Shown here piece by piece: positions 28,082 through 38,311 of a DNA stretch of 64,000 nucleotides (positions within the stretch are counted from its first letter, which is position 1; every line of letters starts with the position of its first letter). Both the position numbers and the translations under genes were made by a program. The notes beneath the pieces are model-generated. The model saw only the letters and a program-made list of their open reading frames with translations. It searched no databases and was not told the origin of the DNA. Source of the stretch: an uncultured Candidatus Bathyarchaeia archaeon (lineage in GTDB: Archaea > Thermoproteota > Bathyarchaeia > Bathyarchaeales > DTEX01); NCBI GenBank assembly GCA_964465575.1, contig CAYXIF010000001.1:15140-79139 (forward strand), written 5' to 3'.

Positions 28082-28352
28082 ATGGAGCCTTCTCCTTTGC
28101 TCAGTTTGGCAACCCTTCGACAGAGCGGCTTTCGGTTCACATGTCTGTAAAGCTGAATGCTGTTAAGAATATTCAAGACGCTTATTTAATGTTTCATCAA
28201 CGGGCTCGGCTTCGACTCTTTGACAAGTTCGCCGTGCCCCCCAGAGGGGGACTTTGCGCATGATCCACTGGATAAGATCTCGATCTCAAGAGCCTTTTCC
28301 TGAGCGTGCACGCTCTCCAGCAAGACGTGGAACTGAGGGAAAATTATGGTTA

Positions 28353-28934
28353 CTATCGCGCATGGAGGGCGATTCTTTCCATCTCGTTCCTCTTCTTGAC
28401 AGCGTAGCTTCCTGCGTCTCTACTTGCTGCGGCAACTAGCTCTTCTGCGAGGCACTCTTCAAAAGGTCTCGGGTTACTGAACGATGCCTTTCTGGCTCCT
28501 TCGGTTATGAACCGTAAAGCCAGATCGGCTCTGCGTTGCGGTGATATGTCCACGGCTTGGTGGTAGGCAATCCCACCGTAGCTGATACGGGTCGTGTCCT
28601 CGCATGGAGCTGAGTTCTCGACCGCCTTAACCAAAACCTCCACCGGGTTCTGTCCGGTTCGTAGGTAGGCGATTTCGAAGGCGTTTCTTACGAAGTTGAG
28701 CGCGCGCGCTTTCTTGCCAGCGTTCTTCCCGGGCCTCATAAGGTTGTTCACTAGTCTCTCGACAATGTTCAACTTGGCCTTGTGGAACTTGTGGTGTTCA
28801 TGTCTGCCCATGCTGTGCGGAACATGCATTGGAGTTACTGATATGTACCTTTGGAGTCCTAGGTCTTTCACTTCGACTTCGTAGCTCCATTTTCCGAAGA
28901 GGATGTGCCCGGTTTTGTCACTCACTCGCTTCAC
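28353..28934 (-). CDS. rps7: 30S ribosomal protein S7 (uS7)
   Basis: 193 aa containing [25 protein letters not shown] and [22 protein letters not shown]-like cttaaataacc lies about 35-45 nt upstream. Confidence 0.93.
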   Translation of the reverse strand: MKRVSDKTGHILFGKWSYEVEVKDLGLQRYISVTPMHVPHSMGRHEHHKFHKAKLNIVERLVNNLMRPGKNAGKKARALNFVRNAFEIAYLRTGQNPVEVLVKAVENSAPCEDTTRISYGGIAYHQAVDISPQRRADLALRFITEGARKASFSNPRPFEECLAEELVAAASRDAGSYAVKKRNEMERIALHAR

Positions 28935-29055
28935 CTTACGCCGAAACGTCTATGTTTGAAACTTGACCGGTTATTTAAGGGTTGTGAAATGCCCAAGATG
29001 ACGCCGGATAAGTAAGATGGTTCATCCTTTGGCTTCAGATTCTGCCTCGTGATCC

Positions 29056-29982
29056 TCAGCCAATCGTTTCGGCTAGAATTGCTTTCGCTGTGTGTAAGCG
29101 GTTTTCTGCCTCGTCCCACACGACTGATCTCGGTCCGTCTATGACCTGGTCTGTGACCTCTTCGTTGCGGTGGGCTGGTAGGCAATGCATAAAGAGGGCA
29201 TCTGCCTTCGCATGTCTAAAGAGTTCTGCTGTCACTTGGTATCTTGGCATAAAGGTCTTGAGCCTTTCTTCTTTTTCTGCTTCGTTGCCCATCGAGACAA
29301 ACGTGTCCGTATAGACCACGTCAGCTCCCTTAACGGCGCTCCCCGGATCACGCAGTATCTTAATGATTGATCCGCTTGTCTTAGAGTTCTTTCGAGCCCA
29401 TTCGATGGCTTTGCTGTTAGGCTCGTATGCAGATGGGCATGCGACGGACAGGTTGACGCCCATCTTGCTACACCCGACGAGCAATGAGTTGCAGACGTTG
29501 TTCCCGTCTCCTAAATATGCAATCTTCAAACCTTCTAGGACGCCGCGCTTCTCCCAGATCGTGTACAGATCAGCCACAATCTGGCAAGGGTGGAAAAGGT
29601 CCGATAGGGCGTTGACTACGGGTATGCTCGCGTATCTTGCCAGTTCCTCAAGGTCTGTTTGCCTGTGGACTCTAGCAACGATGCCGTGAACATATCGGCT
29701 TAGGACGCGAGCTGTGTCAGGGATCGTCTCGCCTCTGCCCAGATGGGCCTCTTCCCAGCCCAAGTAGATAGGCTGTCCACCAAGATGGCTGACAGCAACC
29801 TCGAAGGAGACACGGGTTCGTGTTGACGCCTTCTGGAAAAGCAATATAATAGACTTCCCCTTGAGCTTCTTGGCTTCCTGCCGCGTGGCCGTCTCTTGCT
29901 TGAACCTTTGAGTGCTTCTAAGGAGACCCCATATCTCATCCTTAGAATAGTCCTGCAGCGTGAGAAAGTCACGTTTGTTCAT
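29056..29982 (-). CDS. argF: Ornithine carbamoyltransferase
   Basis: 308 aa with the motifs STRTRVSFE, HPCQ, DTFVSMG and HCLPAHRNEEV. Confidence 0.92.
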   Translation of the reverse strand: MNKRDFLTLQDYSKDEIWGLLRSTQRFKQETATRQEAKKLKGKSIILLFQKASTRTRVSFEVAVSHLGGQPIYLGWEEAHLGRGETIPDTARVLSRYVHGIVARVHRQTDLEELARYASIPVVNALSDLFHPCQIVADLYTIWEKRGVLEGLKIAYLGDGNNVCNSLLVGCSKMGVNLSVACPSAYEPNSKAIEWARKNSKTSGSIIKILRDPGSAVKGADVVYTDTFVSMGNEAEKEERLKTFMPRYQVTAELFRHAKADALFMHCLPAHRNEEVTDQVIDGPRSVVWDEAENRLHTAKAILAETIG

Positions 29983-29988
29983 GAGCCT

Positions 29989-32886
29989 TCACTCTACATA
30001 GATCGCAGGTCTGTAGGGCTTCGCAAGGTCAGCTCTTGCTTTTGGGTCATGTCTCTGCGGCTCCTCTTCGTGATAGACGGAGACATTGGCGTTGAACTCC
30101 TTCTCTAGGAAGCATCTTGCTTCTGTGAGCAATGCCTTTTCGTCCAGTCTTCCTGTCCTCAGTCTTCTGTTCTTCTGGTCCTTGGGAGCCACGTTGATCT
30201 CACCGATCGCTTTGGCCGCGTAAGCCGCGGCGTCCTTAGCCTTCTTCCTTAGCTCTGGGTCCGCAATAAGGTTCTTCATCACGTCCTGCATCTCGACCTT
30301 TTTAGCCAATGAACCTTCTAGAACCTTTAGGTAAACCATCCACTTCCAGTCTGCCGCCACGTAGTAGCAGATTCTCTTGGGCTTTGTCTTCGTAGCCTTG
30401 GTAATGTTGGTCGTGTCCTCGAGGAGAGATTTGATCAGATCCTCAGCTTCTTCAGCTGCGACATCCGCTTTTGAGCTGTCATAGCATGGCCACTCAGCCG
30501 TGGAAACAAGCCCGTTGTTGCCAAGCTTGTGCCACAGCTCCTCGCTTAGGTACGGTGTGAACGGCGTCAGCAAACGGACCCAGATACTTGCCGCTTCTCT
30601 CAAGACCTTGGGGTTTGGACTACTGGTTCGCCTGAGGTACCATCTAACGTCGTTCCAGATCTCAAAAAATGCGATCTCGGCGGCTGTCCTTGTCTTCAAC
30701 GTCTTTATCGCGTTCGAAATGGTGACCACTCTGGTCTGAAGAGCGGATAGTAGCCAGCGGTCGACGCTCCCGGTCTCCGAGGCACCCTTGAGGCCTATGA
30801 TCTGGCTGACGAACTTCAGCAGAGACTTCAGCTTGGCCGCAGTGCTCTTCGCGTTCTCTTCCCGCCAGTCAGGGTCTTCCATATCTTCCGCGCCTAACAC
30901 TAGGGTCAAACGAGTCACATCTGCGCCGTAACGGCTCACGGTCTCTCTGAGAGTTCGGAAGTTGCCCTTTGACTTTGACATCTTCTGACCTTCTATCGTA
31001 AGCATGCCATTGACACCCACACTTTTAGGCCAGTGTTGCCTCGGGAAAAGCGCAGTGTGTTGGAGGATGAAGAAGGAAAGGTGGTTAGGAACGAGCTCCT
31101 TGGCTGATACTCTTAAGTCTACTGGGTACCAGTACATGAACTCGTCCCTCATAGCCTGCAGGACAGAAATCGGAATCGCTGCACTCTTCGACAACGCTTC
31201 TGGGTTGCTCTTTCCTAGGAAAATATAGTCGAAAACTGCGTTCGTCAGCTGTTCAGGTTTGATCCCATACTTTCGGATGTGTCTGACGATAGTGTAGAAT
31301 GCCATATAGACGGTTGAGTCGCTTAAGGTTTCCACTATCCAACCCGGACTCCAAGGCAATGGCGTTCCTAAACCCGTTCTGCGGGCGCACGCCCAGTCGT
31401 GAAGCCAATCGATCTTGTCATGGAAGTAAGCTCGAGCTGCTTCTGGGAATATCTGTGCCTCGTCAACCGCTATGTGGGCCATCCTTTTCCATTCTAGGTC
31501 TGAGTACCTGAGGAACCACTGATCAGAAAGAATCTTGACGATGCATCTAGTCGTGCATCGGCAGACAACCTTCTGGGGTAGATCAAGCATTGAGTCAGCT
31601 ATGTTGGCCTTCCTGAAGTCTTCTATGAGCTCCGTCTTGACTTCCTGAACTTGCTTGCCAGCATACTTGCCTGTGATAGGTTTCAAGATCCCCGTGTGAA
31701 ACTCTTTTCTGTAGATGATCAAAGTTGCCTCTTCGACTTTTGGATCGAATTGATCCTTGATAGCCATCCGCTCAACGATCTCGACAGCTGGGTTTTCGCC
31801 GTACCCTTCTACGCTAATAAGGGAGATCGGCTTGATCGCTCTAACGGATTTGAGACGAATCCCAAACTTCTCCAGCTCATCAGGCTTTGCAGCCAAGTCC
31901 TTGAGTGCTATCCAGTCAGCTGGCGCGTGGGCTGGGACACTATAGACGACTCCAGTCGCCGCCTCTGGGTTGACAAACCGCCCTGGCAGAATAGGAAGTT
32001 TCCTACCAGTTACGGGGTCTTGGAAATGCTTGCCGATCAACTCCGCGCCCTTGAACTCACGGAGCACTTCGTTAGCTTTCAGTTGCTCCGAGAGCTTTGG
32101 GGCGGCTTCCTTGCTTATGATCCATATCTCGCTGCCAACTCTCGCTTCGACGTATGTGGCATCGGGGTTGATGAACATGTTTGTGACGCCGTAGATCGTC
32201 TCAGGTCTGAACGTTGCTGCCGGCAGGAAGGCGCCGTCGTACTTGAATTTTAGTAAGGTGTATTCTTCTGGCGAGACGCCTTCGCCTTCGAGGCGGTCAT
32301 GGTCGCCCGTTGGACTCTCACAATTCGGGCACCAGACAACTGGGTGAGTCCCCCTTGCCACATAACCTTTCGTGCGTAGGGTCTCGTACTGCCATTCTAT
32401 GAAGCGGCTGTACGTCGGCTCCAAGCTTGTGGTATGGAACTCTCTTCTCCAATCAACAGAGAATCCGATCTTCTTGACAACCTCTCTTCCTTCACGCGTG
32501 TAGTACTCAGCCATGAAAACAGGGTCAACGAATTTCCCAAGCTCTTCCTCAGACACCCCGTCGATCTCTTTGAGTGCTCTGATGATCTCAGCATCGCCTT
32601 TCTGTACGCGTAACGCTGCTCCTAAGATGGGCTCCCCTGTCCAGTGCCAAGCCCAAGGAAAGAGCGCGTTGAACCCGTTCATCCGCATAAAACGAACGTA
32701 GACGTCGACCCGCGTTGCGGTGAAACCGTGCCCCAGATGTAAAGGACCGTTCATGTAAGGATAGGGAAAGGTCACGAAGCACTTCTCGCGTCTAGGATCG
32801 AGGTTACTTTCGAATACGCGTGCTTTCTCCCATTCTGTTCTCCACTTATCTTCGATATCTTTCCAGTCAACCGACACAGTCTTCAT
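29989..32886 (-). CDS. leuS: Leucyl-tRNA synthetase (archaeal type)
   Basis: 965 aa with PYMNGPLHLGH (HIGH motif) and KMSKSKGN (KMSKS motif). The size and editing-domain layout are archaeal. Confidence 0.95.
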   Translation of the reverse strand: MKTVSVDWKDIEDKWRTEWEKARVFESNLDPRREKCFVTFPYPYMNGPLHLGHGFTATRVDVYVRFMRMNGFNALFPWAWHWTGEPILGAALRVQKGDAEIIRALKEIDGVSEEELGKFVDPVFMAEYYTREGREVVKKIGFSVDWRREFHTTSLEPTYSRFIEWQYETLRTKGYVARGTHPVVWCPNCESPTGDHDRLEGEGVSPEEYTLLKFKYDGAFLPAATFRPETIYGVTNMFINPDATYVEARVGSEIWIISKEAAPKLSEQLKANEVLREFKGAELIGKHFQDPVTGRKLPILPGRFVNPEAATGVVYSVPAHAPADWIALKDLAAKPDELEKFGIRLKSVRAIKPISLISVEGYGENPAVEIVERMAIKDQFDPKVEEATLIIYRKEFHTGILKPITGKYAGKQVQEVKTELIEDFRKANIADSMLDLPQKVVCRCTTRCIVKILSDQWFLRYSDLEWKRMAHIAVDEAQIFPEAARAYFHDKIDWLHDWACARRTGLGTPLPWSPGWIVETLSDSTVYMAFYTIVRHIRKYGIKPEQLTNAVFDYIFLGKSNPEALSKSAAIPISVLQAMRDEFMYWYPVDLRVSAKELVPNHLSFFILQHTALFPRQHWPKSVGVNGMLTIEGQKMSKSKGNFRTLRETVSRYGADVTRLTLVLGAEDMEDPDWREENAKSTAAKLKSLLKFVSQIIGLKGASETGSVDRWLLSALQTRVVTISNAIKTLKTRTAAEIAFFEIWNDVRWYLRRTSSPNPKVLREAASIWVRLLTPFTPYLSEELWHKLGNNGLVSTAEWPCYDSSKADVAAEEAEDLIKSLLEDTTNITKATKTKPKRICYYVAADWKWMVYLKVLEGSLAKKVEMQDVMKNLIADPELRKKAKDAAAYAAKAIGEINVAPKDQKNRRLRTGRLDEKALLTEARCFLEKEFNANVSVYHEEEPQRHDPKARADLAKPYRPAIYVE

Positions 32887-35660
32887 CCACCAACCTTCTC
32901 GTAGACGATAAGCCTAGCCTTCTCCAGAGCCTTGGGCGCTCCTTCGATTCGGGTTCCTCCGCCCTGAGCGAAGTCCCGTCTTCCGCTGCCACCCCCACCC
33001 AGCTCCGAGGCTGCGACTTGAGCTATCTCTTGAGCGTCTACGCCGATCTTCTGAGCTGCCTTCCCAACCATGGCAACAATCCTCGCGTTGCCATCGACAG
33101 AGACAAAGATGGCTATAGCTTTGGAATCCATCTTGACCAGCTCGTTCGACACTTTGATAAGGAGCTCCACGTCAGCACTGGTAACCCCGAAGATCTGAGA
33201 CACCAGCCTCAACCCTGATATGTCCTCTGCAGTGGAAAGAAACTTCTCAGCCATGAGTCTCGCGAGACTTCCAGTAAGATGCTCCTTGTTGCGGCGTAGC
33301 TCCTTCCATTCTGAGACAACTCGTTCAAGGGTTTTCTCAACCTTCTCGGCTTGAACCTCGAGGAGCTCCGCAGCCCTCAGAACTCTGGCTTCTATCTCCT
33401 GAACCGCATTGACTGCCGAGGTGCCAGCGCTAAAGATTAGCCTTTCAACCCCGTCTTGGATCCTCTCTGTGCGAACTATCTTGATCAAACCGACTTCGCC
33501 AGTTGACCTACAATGCGTTCCGCCGCAGGCTTCAACCTCCCATTTCTCAGTCTTGACGACGCGTATCTCACGACCTGGAACTACTCCGCCTTGATAGAGT
33601 CTGAAACCGTATTGCCTCTCAGCCTCCTCTCTATGCATCCAGAAAGTCTCTACAGGCAGGTTTCTCATCACGGCGTCATTTGCCAGCTTCTCGATCCTGC
33701 TTGTCTCTTTGACAGTTAGCCGCTTTGGATGGGAAATGTCTAGGCGTGTACGGTCCACATCTTTCTGGGCTCCGCACTGCCATACATGTTGGCCGAGAAC
33801 GCGCCTAGCTGCGCCCATCACAATATGCGTAGCGGTGTGGCCCCTCATGAGGCTGATGCGCCGTTCCCAGTCGATTGTCCCTTTGATCGTTTTGCCTTCT
33901 CTAGGGAGCGTGCCCTCAACCGTGTGGATTATGACGCCGCCAGCTTTCTGGACATCAGTAACGTGAGACCGCATTCCATTGAAATCTAGCCAACCATAAT
34001 CGGCCGGCTGTCCTCCGCCTTCGGGATAGAAAGCAGTTTGGTCAAGCACAACGCAGTTCCCCGAGACACGCAGAACCTTAGCCTTGAACTCCGGGATGTA
34101 AGCATCCTCATAGTAGAGTCTTCGCGTCTCAGCTAAGTCTGAGAACACCTCTTCCACGCCTTGGACACTTTCAGCAACGGCTTCCTTTACCAATCGGGGG
34201 GCCTCAACGTGTCTTTCAGCCACAAAGCTGTAGAAGTTCTCTGGCACGCTTACGTCTGCCCCCTCCGATCGCACTATGTCCTTAACCACTTCGGGTGTTA
34301 GCCCATGCGAGTCATAGAGTTCAACTAGCCTTTCCAGCGGCATCACCGCGGCACCACTCGCCCTCTGTTCTTGAACCAGCCTTTTCACGAGCCCATGTCC
34401 TCGCTGGATTGTCTGTTCATATTTCTCTCCTTCAATGTCGAGAAGCTCGAGGATTTCGTCTCGCATCTCCTTCAGATGTGGGAAGTCTCTTGACCAGTAG
34501 GAAATCTGCATGTCTACTATGTCTGAGAGCTTACCCTCAACTGAAAGACCAGCTAATAGCCGGCACGTCTTCCGAATCATCAACCTTGTAAGATAACCTT
34601 CCCGAACGTTCGAGGGCACAACCCCCTCAGCCAACAGGAAAGCCAAGCACTTCGTATGATCAGCAACGGCATAGACATCCACAACCGGCGTCACTCGACG
34701 TTGAAGATCCCCCACGTCTACATCGATCTTCTGTGATATCCTCCGCCAGTTCTCAGCTCGGCTCGAAGCTTTAGTGACCGCGATCAGGCCGGAGACCTTG
34801 GACATTTCTGTTAGCAGCTTCTCGTCAACAGGTCCTACGCCAGCCATGTCCGTTATCTTGCGTAGGAGGTCGTCGTAGACAGCTTGAAAGGCGCTTATGG
34901 ACCCTTGCGAAAGCCAAGTGAACCGTTCTATGCCATAGCCGGTGTCAACTGTTCTTATGGGGAGCTCGATGAACTCTCCACCCACCACCTTGTACTTCAT
35001 GAAGACCAGAGTTGCGACTTCCAGCCCGCTGACTATGCTTTCAACATCTGGCCCTGCATTTCCGCCTCCTATCCACGTTCCCTCTTTGTATATAACCTCT
35101 TCGGACTTGACACCCAGCGTCTTGGTCACGAACTCATGATGGTATCGAACAGTTTGATCTTTCCAGTAAACCTCCTTGTCTGAGTAATTGAAGGCATGAT
35201 GACCGCCCATCTCAAAGATAGTGAGGTGCCGGCCAAAAGTCGGTCCAACGCTCTCCACGTCAGGAAACCTTACGCAAGGCTGGCTGATGACGAGCGGATT
35301 GGCTGGAGGAGGAACCAGACCTTCTGTCACGTAAGGTTGAAAGTCGATTATGCTAGCGTTCGTAAAGTAGAGGTCATCTCTCCAACGGGCTACAACCGGG
35401 TAGGGCTTGATCCGTTCGTGCCCTCTCTCTTCGAAGAAAAGTAGGAAAGCCTCCCTCATTTCTTGAAAACTGTACGGTTTACGTGTCGGCGGGTTGCCGA
35501 TGAAACCGTAGTCCGCACAGCCTTGAACCGTTGACTCACCGCATAGTGTCTGGTCAGCATGCTGAGTCCAGAAATGTTCTTCGCATTCAGGGCACAGCTT
35601 TCTTATGTAACCGAACTCGTCAAAGAACGGAAGGTGATACTCTTCCTCTGGAAAGCGCAT
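32883..35660 (-). CDS. alaS: Alanyl-tRNA synthetase (archaeal type)
   Basis: 925 aa with an N-terminal Zn-ribbon-like CPECEEHFW, a class II core, the editing-domain motifs HTATHI and CGGTH, and a C-terminal DHHA1-like domain. The stop overlaps the leuS start by 4 nt. Confidence 0.95.
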   Translation of the reverse strand: MRFPEEEYHLPFFDEFGYIRKLCPECEEHFWTQHADQTLCGESTVQGCADYGFIGNPPTRKPYSFQEMREAFLLFFEERGHERIKPYPVVARWRDDLYFTNASIIDFQPYVTEGLVPPPANPLVISQPCVRFPDVESVGPTFGRHLTIFEMGGHHAFNYSDKEVYWKDQTVRYHHEFVTKTLGVKSEEVIYKEGTWIGGGNAGPDVESIVSGLEVATLVFMKYKVVGGEFIELPIRTVDTGYGIERFTWLSQGSISAFQAVYDDLLRKITDMAGVGPVDEKLLTEMSKVSGLIAVTKASSRAENWRRISQKIDVDVGDLQRRVTPVVDVYAVADHTKCLAFLLAEGVVPSNVREGYLTRLMIRKTCRLLAGLSVEGKLSDIVDMQISYWSRDFPHLKEMRDEILELLDIEGEKYEQTIQRGHGLVKRLVQEQRASGAAVMPLERLVELYDSHGLTPEVVKDIVRSEGADVSVPENFYSFVAERHVEAPRLVKEAVAESVQGVEEVFSDLAETRRLYYEDAYIPEFKAKVLRVSGNCVVLDQTAFYPEGGGQPADYGWLDFNGMRSHVTDVQKAGGVIIHTVEGTLPREGKTIKGTIDWERRISLMRGHTATHIVMGAARRVLGQHVWQCGAQKDVDRTRLDISHPKRLTVKETSRIEKLANDAVMRNLPVETFWMHREEAERQYGFRLYQGGVVPGREIRVVKTEKWEVEACGGTHCRSTGEVGLIKIVRTERIQDGVERLIFSAGTSAVNAVQEIEARVLRAAELLEVQAEKVEKTLERVVSEWKELRRNKEHLTGSLARLMAEKFLSTAEDISGLRLVSQIFGVTSADVELLIKVSNELVKMDSKAIAIFVSVDGNARIVAMVGKAAQKIGVDAQEIAQVAASELGGGGSGRRDFAQGGGTRIEGAPKALEKARLIVYEKVGG

Positions 35661-35994
35661 GGGACTTCATCTTGTGGAAGCATCATGAACCTTGCTACAT
35701 GTACGAAGACTGGTGATTTAAGCATATCTAGGTCGGGCAGACGCAGCGTTGGTCTTTATCTTTCTCCATCTAAGACTGATGTCAGAGAGTATGAGTACTA
35801 GTAGACAGGAATCTTTTGCCTCTGCTTTCCCCGCATGGCAAACCGAGAACCGGTAAGTAGCACAATGAACTCTTGCAGGCACTCTCGCCCCTTGAACAAG
35901 GAAAGCGTGTTAGTCCGCCGAGATGTCATCCAGATTCTTCAGCAAGTTCCTACTCAGCGCCAGACCGGAAGAGAGAATAGAAGCGGTAGGCCGA

Positions 35995-36306
35995 CTATCC
36001 GAAGAGGGCTCCCAGCCCTTCTAGGGCTTCCTCTTCCTTCTTTTCTTCCTTCTTTTCTTCCTTTGGCTTCTCTTCAGCCGCAGGTGCAGTTGGAGCAGCT
36101 ACTGCCGCGGGCACGGCAGCGGGCATGAAGGCGGGAGCAGTCTTTATTGCATCTTCGATGTTGATCTCTGAAAGCGCTGCCACAAGGGCTTTCACTCTCG
36201 CTGGGTCTGCTTCGATTCCGGCTGCCTGGAGGATCCTTGTCACATTGCCTTCATCGATCGGCTTGCCAGCCTTGTGCAGAAGCATAGCCGCGTAAACGTA
36301 CTCCAT
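35995..36306 (-). CDS. rpl12: 50S ribosomal stalk protein P1 (L12e)
   Basis: 103 aa beginning [15 protein letters not shown], with an Ala/Pro hinge and the acidic tail [21 protein letters not shown]. An SD-like GGGTGG lies upstream. Confidence 0.93.
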   Translation of the reverse strand: MEYVYAAMLLHKAGKPIDEGNVTRILQAAGIEADPARVKALVAALSEINIEDAIKTAPAFMPAAVPAAVAAPTAPAAEEKPKEEKKEEKKEEEALEGLGALFG

Positions 36307-36619
36307 CAGACTTCCACCCTTTATTCTTTCATTGGTCCAAACGATCGATCAACCTCTGGAACATGGCAAGTCCTATACTTAAATCTGTCGGAAGCACAAA
36401 CCACGGAGGCCTCTAGGCGGCTACCTTTGTCAGGCAGATGCACAGACGACGCCAAAGCATAGACAAGCTCTTCATGTCCCTTCGGGACGCGGCCGACCTC
36501 CGGGTTCAGGGCTACGTGCACGTGCCCTGATTTCAGAACGGAGACTCGCTAGTACGTATTGCTGGTTCATAACCCCTAAGTTCGTTCCAGAGGATATACG
36601 CTGCGTCGGCGAGACTGAA

Positions 36620-36889
36620 ATGGCCACAAAGAACCGACAGGACATGTTGCTACCCTCCATCATTGAAATAGCATGGGACAAAGGTTTCAACATCTGCGAC
36701 TTCTGGAGAGACGAATACAGAGAAATAAGAGAGTACCCGCTGACTACAATCCTTGAAACCTGTGAATTCTTGGCTGAGCATGATATTATTGACCAGTTGG
36801 ATGACGGAACATACGTGCCTTCGGCTCAATCAAGACTCAGAAGCTCGACTAGGTTCAGCCAGTCTCCGCCAAGGACTCAAGAGACCTAA
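36620..36889 (+). CDS. Hypothetical small protein (possibly winged-helix-like)
   Basis: 89-aa ORF. A TATA-like ggatatacg about 25 nt upstream is compatible with a leaderless start. No recognisable family, and the tail is low complexity. Confidence 0.35.
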   Translation: MATKNRQDMLLPSIIEIAWDKGFNICDFWRDEYREIREYPLTTILETCEFLAEHDIIDQLDDGTYVPSAQSRLRSSTRFSQSPPRTQET

Positions 36890-37030
36890 CAAGCTTGAGG
36901 CTCCTTCATGCCCCGTGCAAGGCGAGCCAAAGGTCGTAGGCGCGTATAGAAGAGCTACTATAGAGCTTTTTGGAAAGGTGGAACGCTGCAACTACCGTGC
37001 AAATCTAGCACCTGCATACAGCGGACATAT

Positions 37031-37042
37031 TCTTATATATAA
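37031..37042 (+). promoter_or_regulatory. TATA box (cttatatataag) upstream of secE-spt5-rpl11
   Basis: A strong AT-rich box about 50 nt upstream of the proposed secE TTG start. Confidence 0.45.
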
Positions 37043-37088
37043 GACGATTCTCCTTCTGTGTAGGAAAGCAGGCTTAGGTTGAGTCAGT

Positions 37089-37268
37089 TTGGGTTTGCGA
37101 TCGTTCTTAAGGTCGTGTTCGAGGCTACTAAGGCTTGCAAGGAAACCTGGGGGTAGCGAGCTGTGGCTCACGATCAAGGTCTGTTCACTAGGAATCACCT
37201 TGATCGGTGTCGTTGGTTTTGTGGTGAAGCTCCTTTCAGCCTTTCTAGCCAGCGCCTTCCCCGTGTAG
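37089..37268 (+). CDS. secE: Preprotein translocase subunit SecE (Sec61-gamma)
   Basis: Below the 60-aa track cutoff. My translation from TTG 37089 reads MGLRSFLRSCSRLLRLARKPGGSELWLTIKVCSLGITLIGVVGFVVKLLSAFLASAFPV, 59 aa. This is the typical basic N-terminus plus single TM helix, in the conserved position immediately upstream of spt5/nusG. Confidence 0.7.
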   Translation: MGLRSFLRSCSRLLRLARKPGGSELWLTIKVCSLGITLIGVVGFVVKLLSAFLASAFPV

Positions 37269-37278
37269 GAGAGAGAAG

Positions 37279-37761
37279 ATGAGCCAAAAACAGCCGTCGA
37301 CCACGATCTTTGCCGTAAGAACGACAGTGGGGCAAGAGAGGAATGTTTCCAACCTTGTCACAGGCAGAGCTGAGACCAACGCGATACCCATAAAAGCGAT
37401 TCTTGTCCCCGAGATGTTGAAGGGGTACATTTTTTTCGAGGCTGAGGGCCCGCACATAGTGGAACAGGCCATCACGGGGATCAAGCACATTAGGTCAAGG
37501 GTTCCCGGCCTTGTATCCTTCCATGAGGTTGAGAAGTACATTGTTGTGAAGCCTTCGATCGAGGAGCTTAGCATCGACGACATCGTGGAGGTCATAGGCG
37601 GGCCCTTCAAGGGGATGAGAGCAAAGATAACCGACATAGACAAGACCAAGGAGGAAGTGACGATAGAGCTGCTGGAAGCCACGTTTACGTTGCCGATCAC
37701 GGTTCATGCAGACTACGTGAAGATCGTTGAGAAGAAGAGCCAAGAGACGGTGGGAAAGTAG
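37279..37761 (+). CDS. spt5: Transcription elongation factor Spt5 (NusG)
   Basis: 160 aa with an NGN domain (IFAVRTTVGQERNV...GYIFFEA) and a KOW motif (VEVIGGPFKGMRAKI). Confidence 0.92.
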   Translation: MSQKQPSTTIFAVRTTVGQERNVSNLVTGRAETNAIPIKAILVPEMLKGYIFFEAEGPHIVEQAITGIKHIRSRVPGLVSFHEVEKYIVVKPSIEELSIDDIVEVIGGPFKGMRAKITDIDKTKEEVTIELLEATFTLPITVHADYVKIVEKKSQETVGK

Positions 37762-37762
37762 C

Positions 37763-38263
37763 ATGGGCGAAAAGAAGACAGTGGAAGCTCTTGTGAGCGG
37801 AGGACAGGCAACCGCAGGACCACCACTAGGACCAGCATTGGGACCACTGGGGGTTAACGTTCTCGTCATCGTGAACAAAATCAACGAGGAGACGAAAGCC
37901 TACGCAGGCATGAAGGTTCCAGTCACGATCACTGTTGACTCTGAGACCAAAGAATTCGAAGTAAACGTTGGAATACCCACAACCTCAGCTCTGATAGTCA
38001 AGGAAGCTGGCCTGGGAAAGGGCTCCGGCAAGCCCAACACAGAAAAAGTCGGCAACCTTTCGTTAGCTCAAGCAATAACAATAGCTGAGATCAAGAAACC
38101 AACTCTCTTGGCAAAGAGCCTCAAGGCAGCCGTCAAAGAAGTTGTCGGCAGCTGCGTAAGCATGGGCGTAACAGTAGACCAGAAAGACCCTAAGGATGTG
38201 CTACGAGAGATTGATGAAGGAACATACGACAACATACTCGAGAAGCAGGAAGCTGGACAATAA
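37763..38263 (+). CDS. rpl11: 50S ribosomal protein L11 (uL11)
   Basis: MGEKKTVEALVSGGQATAGPPLGPALGPLGVN. I use the internal ATG at 37763 because the track start 37727 overlaps spt5 and adds a non-homologous basic extension. Confidence 0.92.
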   Translation: MGEKKTVEALVSGGQATAGPPLGPALGPLGVNVLVIVNKINEETKAYAGMKVPVTITVDSETKEFEVNVGIPTTSALIVKEAGLGKGSGKPNTEKVGNLSLAQAITIAEIKKPTLLAKSLKAAVKEVVGSCVSMGVTVDQKDPKDVLREIDEGTYDNILEKQEAGQ

Positions 38264-38311
38264 CATTTTTATTGGCGACCCGGCATCTTGTCACGGTCTG
38301 AGGCATTGTAG

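Noticed and set aside
31651-32253. 200-aa + strand ORF inside leuS
   Set aside because: A shadow ORF antisense to leucyl-tRNA synthetase with no motifs. The same reasoning applies to 10190-10714 (antisense to mat), 38386-38925 (antisense to rpl1), 50474-50866 (antisense to rpl18e), 51721-52203 (antisense to rpoN/eno) and 37245-37884 (antisense to spt5/rpl11).
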